Below, piece after piece: positions 24,925 to 36,000 of a stretch of 64,000 nucleotides of DNA. How positions within the stretch are numbered: position 1 is the stretch's first letter; each line of letters starts with the position of its first letter. The stretch is taken from sequence record ON529851.1, one strand, 5' to 3'. The translations under genes and the position numbers were made by a program. The notes beneath the pieces are model-generated. The model had not been told where the DNA came from. It did no database searches and was given only the letters and a program-made list of their open reading frames with translations.

Positions 24925-26004
24925 CTATTGCGTGACCTTCCAGCCGAACTCGGCCGCGTTGACTTCGGCGGCGGTCCAGGCGCCGCCGCCGGGGCGGGGC
25001 AGCACGGTCTGCTCGGCGCGGTAGGCGTTGGTCATCTCAATCAGGACCGCCTGGGGCGCCCCATCCGCCTCGGTCCCCGCCAGCCGGGCGACCGGCGCGA
25101 TCTTGCGCGGCGACATGCCCGGCGTCCGCGCCGTCATCGTGGCGACGACCGCGTGAACGGTGGCCGCCGCCGCCCCCGCCGACAGGTCGCCGTAGACGTA
25201 GGTGTCCTTTGACCCGACGGCGCTGATCGCGGCGTAGGAGGTGTCGTTGTTCGGCACCACTTCGGAGACCGCCTGCCAGGCCGTCGCCGCGCCGGTCGGC
25301 GTGGACTGGGTCGTGGTGCCGGGACCGGTCGGCCGGATCGTCTCCATGACCAGGTCGCCCAGGAAGCCGTTCATCGTCGATCCTGCCGAATTATGGATTT
25401 GAGGATCGTCAAGTCGCCAGCTACCGTTCGTGTGGAACGAGGCGCTGTAGATCGACTTCGCACCCGCCTGATAGAGGTCTCCGGTGAAGTCGATGACGGT
25501 GGCGCCGTTGAGGCGGATTTCGGCCGTGCCGCCCGTATCGTCGATATTGGCGACGCGCATCTCAACGCGCAGCCACGCCCCCAGCGCCAAGGGCATGTCA
25601 GCCGTGGCGATGACCGTATTGTTCCGCAGCAGCACAAGCTGCCCCGTGTTGTTGATCCCGACGCAAACCCAGGTGTCCAGCGTGCCGGCGGGGTTCGATC
25701 CCGTGGTCGACGACGGGCCGGTATTGACGGCGCTCATGAGGTGCCGAAGGTTGGACGGGGTCGACAACATGTAGATGGAGGCGGACAAAAACAACGTGTC
25801 TTGGCCCACCCCGCAATGCGGCGTCGGGAGGGCTTTCGAAAGAATGCCCTGGGCGGTCACCGTAGACCCGATGAGGCTGACGCCCCCCAGGCGCCCGGTC
25901 GTGGTCGAGAGCGTCTGTGAGGTCGTCGGCGCTGCGTCCCACTTGCGCGCGAGGTCGGCGACCGCCGCATGGGAGTCGAGAGAGTCGTTGAAGATATGCG
26001 CCAT
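24925..26004 (-). CDS. Tail-associated protein with a ConA/LamG-like beta-sandwich
   Basis: WLRVEMRV...AEIRLNG; beta-rich; lies at the end of the fibre operon. Confidence 0.6.
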   Translation of the reverse strand: MAHIFNDSLDSHAAVADLARKWDAAPTTSQTLSTTTGRLGGVSLIGSTVTAQGILSKALPTPHCGVGQDTLFLSASIYMLSTPSNLRHLMSAVNTGPSSTTGSNPAGTLDTWVCVGINNTGQLVLLRNNTVIATADMPLALGAWLRVEMRVANIDDTGGTAEIRLNGATVIDFTGDLYQAGAKSIYSASFHTNGSWRLDDPQIHNSAGSTMNGFLGDLVMETIRPTGPGTTTQSTPTGAATAWQAVSEVVPNNDTSYAAISAVGSKDTYVYGDLSAGAAAATVHAVVATMTARTPGMSPRKIAPVARLAGTEADGAPQAVLIEMTNAYRAEQTVLPRPGGGAWTAAEVNAAEFGWKVTQ

Positions 26005-26007
26005 GTC

Positions 26008-27081
26008 TTAAGGGGTCCGAATGATTTCAATCGTTTGTTGGGTCGTCTGGACGGCCTGTGCTGCGCGGGCCACGAGGACCTCCACCGTCTCTTGGGTCAC
26101 GCGGGTCGGCTGGGCCGTCCGCACCGTGAGGGCCTCCAAGACGTGATGCGTCAGGCGCACGGGTTGGGGATCGTCCGCGTGGGCGCGGATGACCATCACG
26201 CCTGCACGCCCCGCCGTGGCGTAAAGGCCGCCATAGCCGAGTTCGCTTCCGGGGTAGTCTGTATCGGTGATGTTGACCGGCGTACGGCTGATCCCGCCCC
26301 CCGCAAATTGCGGCAGGTCGTAATAGAGATGGTAGCCGTCCAGGCGCCACGACGATCCGCCGCCCGCCGGACCGCTGTAGAGGGTGTCGTTGCGGTAACC
26401 GCCGCCGCCGCCGTAATAACCGCCGCCGCCGCCGCCACCGCCGTTCTCAAGCGCCCGGATCGACGTCATATAGCCCTGCCCGCCGTGCAGATAGCCGCCG
26501 CGCGACAGGGGATTGGCGTTGAGCGGCAGGCCCTCGCCCCCCTCTGACTGGGCGCCGCCCGTAGCGTGCGCGCTGGAACCGCCGACGGCGCCGCCGCCGC
26601 GTCCCGCAAAGGTGTTCAGGTTGCCGGCCCCGCCGCCGCCGGCCGCCACCAGGGCCAGTTGGCCCTGAAGCCACAGGCGGGTTGAGCCGCCGCCGCCGCC
26701 CGAGATGGAGGCGATCGTTGAGCCTGTGTGACGCCCGCGACCGCCGTCGCCGCCGTCAGGCCAGCCGCCATAGCCGCCGCGTACGTCGCCCGTTAGGAGG
26801 CCGAGTTCGCCGCCGCCGCCGACTTCGATCGCGATCAGGTCGCCCGGTGTCACCTCGAAGACCCGAGAAATGTAACCCCCCGCGCCGCCGACGATCGAGC
26901 CAAAGGTTCCGTAGGGGACGCTGGCGCCCCCCGCGCCCCAGGCCTTGACCTCAATTAGGCGACACCCTGCGGGGATTTTCCGAATTTCACGGCTCCGCGT
27001 GAAGTTGACGATATTCAGTCCCAGCGCGAGCGGGGCGGCCGAGGCGTTGCGGGCGGCGGCGACGAAGCCGGGAATCAACAT
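26008..27081 (-). CDS. Glycine-rich-domain tail fibre-associated protein
   Basis: VKAWGAGG, GAGGY, GGWPDGG, GGGGGS, GGGGGYYGGGGG. Confidence 0.75.
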   Translation of the reverse strand: MLIPGFVAAARNASAAPLALGLNIVNFTRSREIRKIPAGCRLIEVKAWGAGGASVPYGTFGSIVGGAGGYISRVFEVTPGDLIAIEVGGGGELGLLTGDVRGGYGGWPDGGDGGRGRHTGSTIASISGGGGGSTRLWLQGQLALVAAGGGGAGNLNTFAGRGGGAVGGSSAHATGGAQSEGGEGLPLNANPLSRGGYLHGGQGYMTSIRALENGGGGGGGGYYGGGGGYRNDTLYSGPAGGGSSWRLDGYHLYYDLPQFAGGGISRTPVNITDTDYPGSELGYGGLYATAGRAGVMVIRAHADDPQPVRLTHHVLEALTVRTAQPTRVTQETVEVLVARAAQAVQTTQQTIEIIRTP

Positions 27082-30000
27082 TATACCGGCTCCAGATCGC
27101 CGAACAGCGACCAGACGTCGGTCGCCGTCTGGACCAGGGACGCCACCGAATGGGGGCGACGCAGGCGCGGCAGCATGTCCGCCGGGTATTCCAGCGTGAC
27201 GCCCGCCCCCGCCAGGACCGTGAGCGTGCCGGCGCCGCTGCGCCGCACCGAGACCGAGGCCCCCAGGGGGAAGGCCACAGCCGAATGCGGCGGCACCGTG
27301 ACGGTCCGGTTGAACGTCGAGGAGAAGGACCGGAACCCGCGCCGGTCGGAAAGCGCGAGCACATAGTCCCCGTCTGCTTCAGCCTGGACGCTGATCTTCA
27401 ACAGGTCCTGCTCGAACGCCGGAGCGAGATCGTCGGTCGTCGACAGACGCCGCCACCCTTGCACCGGCGGAGTCGAGACCATGACGATCTGGCCCGGCGC
27501 GCCGGGCACACCGGACGCGGGCGTGTTCGTCGGCGGAACGCCAATGCCGATCCCGGTCTGATAGTGGGGATCATCCGTACCGCCAGGCACGAGCCGATCG
27601 CCCGCAACGAGGGTGCCGACAACGCCTGCGGCTGCGTTCAGGTAGCCAGACCCGCCGCCGCCCGCGCGACCATCGCCGCCGCCGCCGCCGCCGCCGTAAT
27701 AGCCGCCGCCGCCGCCCGCGCCATCGTCCGCCGTCGTCACGAAGCGATCAGCGCCCGCGCCGCCGACGCCGCCCATCAGGTAGCCGCCGAACTTGTCCGA
27801 CGCCGCCGGTGTGGCGGCGGCATAACCACCCGCCGTCTGCGTGCCGCCCGTGCCGCCGCTGCTGCTGGCGTTTTGACCCGCCACGCCGCCGCCGGCGCCG
27901 CCGGCCGTGACATAGCCGCTGCCGCCGCCGCCGCCGCCAGCGACCGCCATCAGGACGCCATTCTTCCATACACGGGCCGAACCGCCGCCGCCGCCGGGCA
28001 TGACGTCGCCCATGCGGCCTTCGCCGCCGTCAGGCCAGCCGCCGAAGCCCGCGCCAACAGACCCCGGCGTGCGAATCCCTGCGCCGCCGCCCGTGGGAAC
28101 GTCCAGTTCGATGACGTCACCGTCCGCGACCGGAATGGTCGCCACGGTGAACCCGCCTGCGCCTGACGTTCCCCCCTGGGAGCCGCTATAGGAGCCGCCG
28201 CCGCCGCCCGCGCCCCACATGTGGAACGTCAGGCTGGTGTAGGGGCCGACGACCGTGAAGGTCTGCCGGGCGCCGGTGGCCTGATAGGTCTGGGTCGCGG
28301 GCAGGGTGTTGGGCACCAGAGTCGCAACCCAGGCCTCGCCAATGTCGTCGCGACGCTGATAGATGGTCCCGAGCGGCGCGACGACTTCCGGCTCGCCCGT
28401 GCCGGCCACGCCGGTTTCCGGCGTTTCCGGCGTCCACTGGCCGTCCCGGTAGGTCAGCACCGTCCCTTGAGTCGCCGCCGTGTCGGCGACGTTGACCAGG
28501 TCCGTCAGCGACAGATTTCCGGTGTAGCGCGACCACCCGCCCTGCGGCTCCGCCGGCCCCTTCAGGATCACGGAGACAAAGCCCGCCTCCGTCATGCCCG
28601 TGAAGGCCGCCTTCGGGGCGATCGACGCGGAAGCCGAGACGACGGCCGAAGCCAGGACGGCGCGGCGGTTTGAAGTGCTCACCGTGCCGGAGTCCTGCGC
28701 CAGGACGGTCCAGGGCGCGGTGACCGTCAGGGTCGCCGAGGACGGTCGCACGGCATAGAGCGCCAGGGCCAGAGAATCATGGTTCTCCGGGGCCGTCAGC
28801 GGTGCGCGGTCGACCCCGGAGGCCGACGCCAGGTAGGTCGTCTGATCTTCCCAGACGATTCCCGCGACGGCGTCCTCCCACGACGACAAGCCGGCAATCT
28901 CGAAGATCGCGACGGCGCCGGCGCTCGTGATGCTGGGCGTGGAGCCCGTGACGAAAGGCGTCAGGGTGGCGGTGTCGGCTCCGGTCGCCTGTCGATAGGC
29001 CATGGCCGGGATCACGCGATCCGCGCTCGAAACCGGCGCGTCCGGCACCAGGGTCCAGCCGGAACCTGCCGTCGGGACGGTCTGCTCACACAGCAGCGCC
29101 ACGAGCCAGTTCCCCGCTTGGGGCGTCGCCGGCAGGACCGCCGTGACCGGCGCGGGACCGGAGGCCCCCGTCGACACCATGGCGAGAACCTGCTGGACGA
29201 TCGTCGGCGCCGGTGCCAAGGTCGGGGGATGGAAGTCGCTCTGGTAGACCTGCTGGGTCAGTTCGTCGATGTAGAACGACCCCGCCGGCTTCAGGTCGAC
29301 CGGAGGGCCTTCCCCTGAACCGATTTCGGCGTTCTCCAGGAAGAGCCCGCGTACGCCTGCGCCGGGACGCCAGGCGCCGTCTTTGAACGTGAGGACGTTG
29401 TCTTCCGCAGGCGGCGTGTCAAACGTGACGTCGGTCAGTTCCGACAGGGCGGGAACGCCGCCCGACGACGCCGGCAGATTGCGGGCGCTCCAGACGCCAT
29501 CCTTGAAGGTCAGGACCTGATCCGCCGCCGGGGCGGTGCTCAGGTCGACGCCGTCAAGCTGCCCGAGACGATCGGGCAGGCGCTGCCACTGTCCGCTCGT
29601 GCCCGGCGCATCCGTCGCGCCGTTCACCAGGCAGATGTAGAAGACGCCGTCATGGGTGACGGTGTCGCCGGCCACATAGGGCTCGGCTGAGTAGACGCCG
29701 TTGCAGCGGATGTAGCTGAGCCGCACGTCGTCGGAACCACGATCAGACGTACCGTCTTTAGCGTACCGCAGGCGGATGGTGCGGGTCCCCGTAGCCAAGG
29801 GCGTCGTGAAGGTCTTGAAAGGATTCTCGGCGCCGCTGTCGGACAGGACCTGCACGTCGTCGACGTACACCCGGAAAAGATCGACAGACGGTTCACTCTG
29901 CACCCGATACCGCAACGTGAGGTTGGGCGTCGTGGCATCAGCCACGACGGTGAAGGTGAACTCCGTCGCCGAGTTGGCCCCGATGATCGGAGACTTCAGC

Positions 30001-33000
30001 ACCTTGGTGTAGGGTGCGTCGTCTTGATCGACAATGGCCCAGCCGGCGGCGTAGGCGTTAGCGAAGACGTCGGGAGGGAATCCCTCGAAATCGTAGGTGA
30101 CGTATCCCGTCGTGACCCCATACTCGCCACGATGCGTCGGAATCTTCAGCGTGCCGTCCGCGAAGGGCAGGAACTCCAGCCCTTGCCCGTCCGCACGGAC
30201 CGCGACGACCTTGCCGCCCTGGCCGGCATAGCTGGCGGGGGCGTCGATCAAGCGCGTGAAGGCGATCCGGTCCCGCGACCCCGTGGGGTAAAGGGTCGGC
30301 GCGGTCCATCCGGTCGCCGTGCCGCGCGAATAGGCGGTGGTCCAGTTGGTGCCGTCATCGGAATACTGGACATCCCAGGCGATCGCGCCGGTGCGGGTTC
30401 CGGCCGTCGTCAGCGAGACGTGCCCGATCTCGACCGGAGAGGCGAAATCGTACCGCAGCCACGTCCCCGTCGAGGCGCTGAGCACCGACTGCCAATAGGT
30501 CGCGGTGTCCGCGTCGAACGCCTTGTCGGCGCTGTAGGTCGCGCTGCGGGTCGAGGACGCCGTAGGCGTTCCGCCGACCGCCAGTTGCGGGCCGCCGAAG
30601 ACATGGGACATCACGACGTCGCGCACGGTGATGTAATCGGACACCGTCGTGCGGAAGTAGATACGCCAGCGCGTGTGAGCGCCAAACGACAGGTGCGCTG
30701 ATACCGGCGCCACGTCTGACAGCCAGGCGCCGTTGCGGTAGGTCATGACCTGGTCCGCCGTAGGCTCGACGGACACGTCCGACAGGTCGTTCAGCTTCGT
30801 GACCGACGGCACATAGGTCAGCGCCACGCCTGCGGCGTCCACGGCGACCAGCTTGCCGCCCTGCCCGCCCAGAGGGCCGGGTCCATCACCCAGCCGCGCG
30901 AAGGCCTGCTTCGACTGGGTCGGAGCCAGTTCCAGCGTCGCTCCATTGGCCCAGGAGGCGCGGACGTCCTTCCAGGCCGTGATCCAGGTGACGCCGTCAT
31001 CGGAATACTGGACGCCGAGCGACGTCGCCGTGCGGCTGCTGTCCACGGTCAAGGTGACGTGGTTCACCTCCACCGGCGTCGGGAAGGCATAGCGAATCCA
31101 GGCGCCGTCGTTGTCGCCGTTGTTCTGCCACTTCGTGAGCGGATCGCCGTCAAACGCGTTGGCCGCGACCTGCCCAGGCCAGGCCGTGGACGACGATGCC
31201 GTCCCGCCCGTCGCCAGTTGCGGGCCTCCGGCCGCCGCGCGGAAGATCAGTTCCTTGGCCGTGACCCAACTGGCGGTGGAGGTGTTGTGGAAGATCACGC
31301 GCCAGTAGGCGTGGGCGCCGAATTTCACTTCGGACGGGGGCGGGGTTTCATGCTGCCAGGCGCCGTCGCGGAAGGTCAGGACCTCACCCGGCTGCGGCGC
31401 GGCCGTCCAGGGGCCGACATCAGGCAGGTCCGCCAAGGCCGGATAGGTCGAGGAGACCATCACCTGACCAGCGAAAGAGTCGAAAGCGCCGTAGTTCCAG
31501 GTGCTGGTGCGCGTCGAGTTGGCGACGAGGCGCACCGATCGCGTCAGTGGCGGCAAGGCGTGCGTTACCGTCCCCGTCTGCCACGCGGCCGTGGTGAGGT
31601 ACTGAGGCGAGGCGCCGCTGTCGATCGGCACGCCGGCGGCGTCAAGAGCCTCGATCGTGACCTGAGCCCGAGTCGCCTCCGTGCTGGTATAGATGTAGCG
31701 GAACGCCACAGTCACCGTGCCGCGCCCGGCGTCGATGAAGTCCGCGAGCGCGGGATCAAGCGCAATCGTCTGCGCCATTTCACACACGCCGGTATTCTGC
31801 GTCGCGCGGAAAGCATTGGCGCCGTCCGAGCCCGGCACAGCACCGGCCGTAAAGGCGCCGGCCGTCATCGTCCAGCCGGTCACACCCAACTCGGCTCCGG
31901 GATTGACGATCTCCAGCGGCAGGGCCTGACGCGCAGGATCGAGTTCGGCGGGGGCGAGATCATCCGCCGTCCAGACTCCGTCGCGATAGACGAGGCCCTG
32001 GCCGTCAACCGGCGGGGTCGTCAGATCGACGTCGGTCAGCGCCGCCAGGCTGGTGGTCAGGGCGTCGCCGTCCAGGGCGACCTTGATCCAGGCCGGCTCC
32101 AGGTTCTCCCCGTAGCGGTGCAGGGTGTCAAAGTAGATCGCCGCATAGGCCCAGAGCGGCGAACCGGCGCCCAGGGTGGCCGTCACGGTGGCGTCGGCGT
32201 CCGGGTCGAGCGACCACGTCCCCGCGACGGACATGTTGAGGGCGTCGACGCGGTCCGCAATCGGCTCGTTGCCGAATTCACCCCGCAGGGTTCCAGGCGT
32301 GGTTCCGCCCTTCTCGAACAGGGCGCCGATCGCGAACGTGTAGGGACTGGAGGTCGGGGCCGTGTAGGCGGCCGGGGCGAAGGCGCCCGACGTCGAACCC
32401 GCCGCAAAGGCGGTCTGGTAGAAGTCAGCCCAGGCGTCGCCCAGGCCTGACACCTCATAGACAGCCCAGGCGTCTTCCGGGGTCGCCGTCGCCGTGATCG
32501 GCAGGGGGCTGGCCTCGGTATCGTCGATCTTCCGATAGGCGATGGTGACGTTGATGTCGGCGCCGGGCGCGGTGTTCACCACGGTCCACAGGGCGTCAAG
32601 CGACACCGGTCCGGAGGTCCCCGACGCGTACACCAGGATCAACCAGTTGCCGGTCTGAATCGGCTGGTCGTAAGCCCAGGTCAGCGGCCCCGGATTCGGC
32701 GACACGAAGCCACGGGTCTGCTCGATCTTGGCCGCCAGGCGCGGCGTCGCGCGCGACACATAGAGGTCGCCGGGATCGTGGCGCATGTAGAGCGACCCGG
32801 ACGGCATGGCCCAGTCGGGCACGCCGACACCGGATTCAATCTGGCGCCCATCGTAGATATAGATCGGATAGTCGCCGCCGGGTCCGGAACCGTCCGGCGT
32901 CCGGGCTTCCCAGTAGCCGCTGCCCTCGACCCCGGAGTCGATCCAGGTCAGGACCTGACCATTGGTCGGGTTGGGCGGCTGGCGCACATCGCCCAACATG

Positions 33001-36000
33001 CTCAGGCGCATGCGGCGGGCGCGCCAGACGCCGCCGACGTCAACGACGTTGACGTAGGTCAGAACCTCGCCGAATTCAGGCGAGGGTTCCGTCAGGTCAA
33101 CGTCGACGAGATCGTCCAGCGTGGTCGGAATCATCGGCGGGTTCAGCAGGTCAGCGTAGTCGACCTTGGCCGCGTCCTCGGCCGTCCACACGCCGTCTTT
33201 GAACGTCAGCAGTTGATCGGCCGTCGGCGCGACCGTGAGATCGACGTCCGTCAAGTCGTTCAGCGTCGCCGGGATCGACGGTTTGGGGACGAACTCCAGT
33301 CCACTCTCGTCGGCCTTGACCTGGACCAGCTTGTTCGCCTGGGCGACGTAGGTCGAAGGCGTGTCGCGATGGTCAAGGAAGCTGGTGGTCACGCCCGGTC
33401 GCGTGAAGACGCGCTGCTGCGCGGTCGTCCATCCGGTCTGGCCCGTCACGGTCCAACCGGCGAACCAGGTCACGCCGTCGTCGGAATACTGCACACGCAG
33501 CACTTCAGGCGAATAGTTGGTCGCCCACCCCGCCACCGCCGACGCGGTGACGGCGATTTCCTGCAACGCCACCGGGGCGGCGAAATGATAGCCGATCCAG
33601 GCGTCCGGAAGCGCGGCCGTCCAGGCGTCCCCGGTCGTGCCGTCAAAGGCGCCGTTCTGGTTCCCGCCCGTACCGATCGCCGTTCCGCCGGTCGCCTGTT
33701 GCGGCCCGCCGGGGACGGCGCGCAGCAGCAGTTCCGCGATGACGACGGTGGTCGTTCCGGGATAGGCGGCGGTGTCGTCCACGACGACGCGCCAGTAGGC
33801 GTGGCGACCGAGATCGGTCGGGCTCGTGACCGGGGTCCAGAGCCCGCCGCGACGGCCCAGGAGATCACCATCCTGCTGACCGGCGGTGGCGGCGTCCGTG
33901 AGATCATCCAACGCGATGTCAGGCAGGACGGTCGCCGCCGGCGGCTCCGCGATCCATTCGCCGTCCTTGAAGGTCAGCACCTCGCCGTTGACCGGCGCCG
34001 GATTCAGGTTGACGTCGCCCAGGTCGGCCAGGTCGGAGATCGGCGGCGTGAACACCGCATACTCCAGCTTGGTGCCATCCTCGCTGACCCGGACGACCTT
34101 GCCGCCATGGGCCGTCATCGGCCCCGGAGAATCCGAAAGCTGGGCGAACGACAGCTTGGCGCGCGTGGGAATCGATTCGAGCGTCTCGGCGGCGCCCCAG
34201 CCCGAAACCCGCGTCTCGCTCCAGGCGGTGATCCAGGTCAGGCCGCCGTCGTCCGAAAACTGTACGTCCCAGGCAATCGGCAACTGGCGCAGCGCCGCCG
34301 GCGTCAAGGTCAGGGCGTTGATTTCGACAGGGGCGGCGAAGGTGTAGCGCAGCCAGGACTCATCGGCCGCGTCGGACGGCGCGCGCCAATAGGTGGCGGG
34401 GTCGTCGTCGAAGGCGGCGGCGGCGGGGAAGCCCGAAGGCTCCGCGCTGGCGGCGGGCGTCCCGCCGACGGCCGCCTGAGGCAGGCCCGCCCCCTCACGC
34501 AAGATCAGCGCGGTGATGTCGATGGCGACGGCGGCGGGCGTGCGGAAGAACAAACGCCAGTCGCGGTGTTCGCCGAAGCGCAGGCCTTCCCCGGCGATCG
34601 CCTGGGGCGGAGCGTAGACCCAGACGCCGTTGTAGAAGGTCAGCAGGTCGCCGTTCAAGGGCGTGCCCGCCGAGAAGTCGACATCCGTCAGGTCGTCGAG
34701 CGCCTGGGGGATGGCCGCCGTCGCCGAGGGTTGCGGAGTCCAGAAGCCGCTTTTGTAGGTCAGGACGTAGTCTTCGGTCGGCGGGCCGTCGGGATAGGCG
34801 ACGTCCGTCAACTCGACCAGCGCGTTGGCGCCGCCGCCGGTTGCGGGCACGGGCTCGGAGCCCCAAACGCCGTCGCGGTAGGTCAGCACCTCGCCCGCCG
34901 CCGGATCGACGATCGTGACGTCCGTCAATTGGTCGAGGGTGGTCGCACCGCCGCCGCCGCCGCCCGAGGGGGCCGGCACGAAGATCAGGCCCGTGCCCGC
35001 CGGGTTGACGGCGACGAACTTGTTCTGGGCGTTCTGGTAGTTCGCGGGCGTGTCGGTCAGACCGATGAAGGCGACGTCCACCGCGTTGAGGACGTATTCG
35101 AATCCGTCCTCATTACCGTTGACGCGGACGAAGCGTCCGCCGGCGCCGACCATGGAGGCGACGCCGGCCATTTCAGTGATCGAGGGGCGCACATATTCCA
35201 GCGCCGTGCCGTTGGCGTTGACCCGCAGATAGCGCAGCGCGTTCGCCGGGGCCATCGCGCCGGGGCCGTCGGACAGATCAGCCAGCTTCAGGCGGCCGAA
35301 GACCATGCCGCTCTGGGTCGAGTTGACCCGCAGCACCATGCCGGCGGCGTCCGTATAGACGTTCGGCGTATCGGACAGTTCGGTGAGGCGCAGGGTCCCG
35401 AAGATCAGGCGATCTTCATCCGTGGCGACCCGCGCCAGCTTGCCGGCCTGCCCCGTGAAGCTGTTCGGCGTGTCCAGGAGTTCGGTGAAGTTGACCGGAC
35501 CGCCCGTTCCCGGCGCATATTCCCAGCCGGTGCCCGCCGCGTTGACGCGCAGGTAGGTGAGGGCGTCAGCGAACACCGGGGCGCCCGGACCATTCGACAG
35601 GTCGGCGACCGTCGGCATGGCGAATTGAACGCCGTTGTTGGTGGCGTTTACCTGGACGAACTTGCCCGACTGCCCGGCATAGGAGTTCGGGAAATCCGAG
35701 TTCTCGCGCAGGTAGGGGGTGGCGTAGGTCAGGCCAGAGCCGCCGGCGTTGACGACGACGTGGCGGTTTGCGGCGCCCGCGTAGCTGTTGGGCGTGTCGT
35801 CCAGATCGACAAACGAGTTGACGTTGGCGGCCGAGGAGACGAACTCCAGCCGGGTGCCGGCGGCGTTGACCGCCACCAGGCTGCCGGCGTTCCCCGCCAG
35901 GGAGGAGGGCGTGTCCGTCAGTTGGGCGAACGACATCGCCAGCGTCCACGGACTCCAGGAATTGGTCGCGGCGTTGTAGCGGAGCAGTTGCCCGTCGGTC

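Noticed and set aside
27400-28240. GCC/CCG-rich tandem-like runs as DNA repeats or a DGR target
   Set aside because: Explained by poly-Gly codons; no RT and no template/variable repeat pair in the window.
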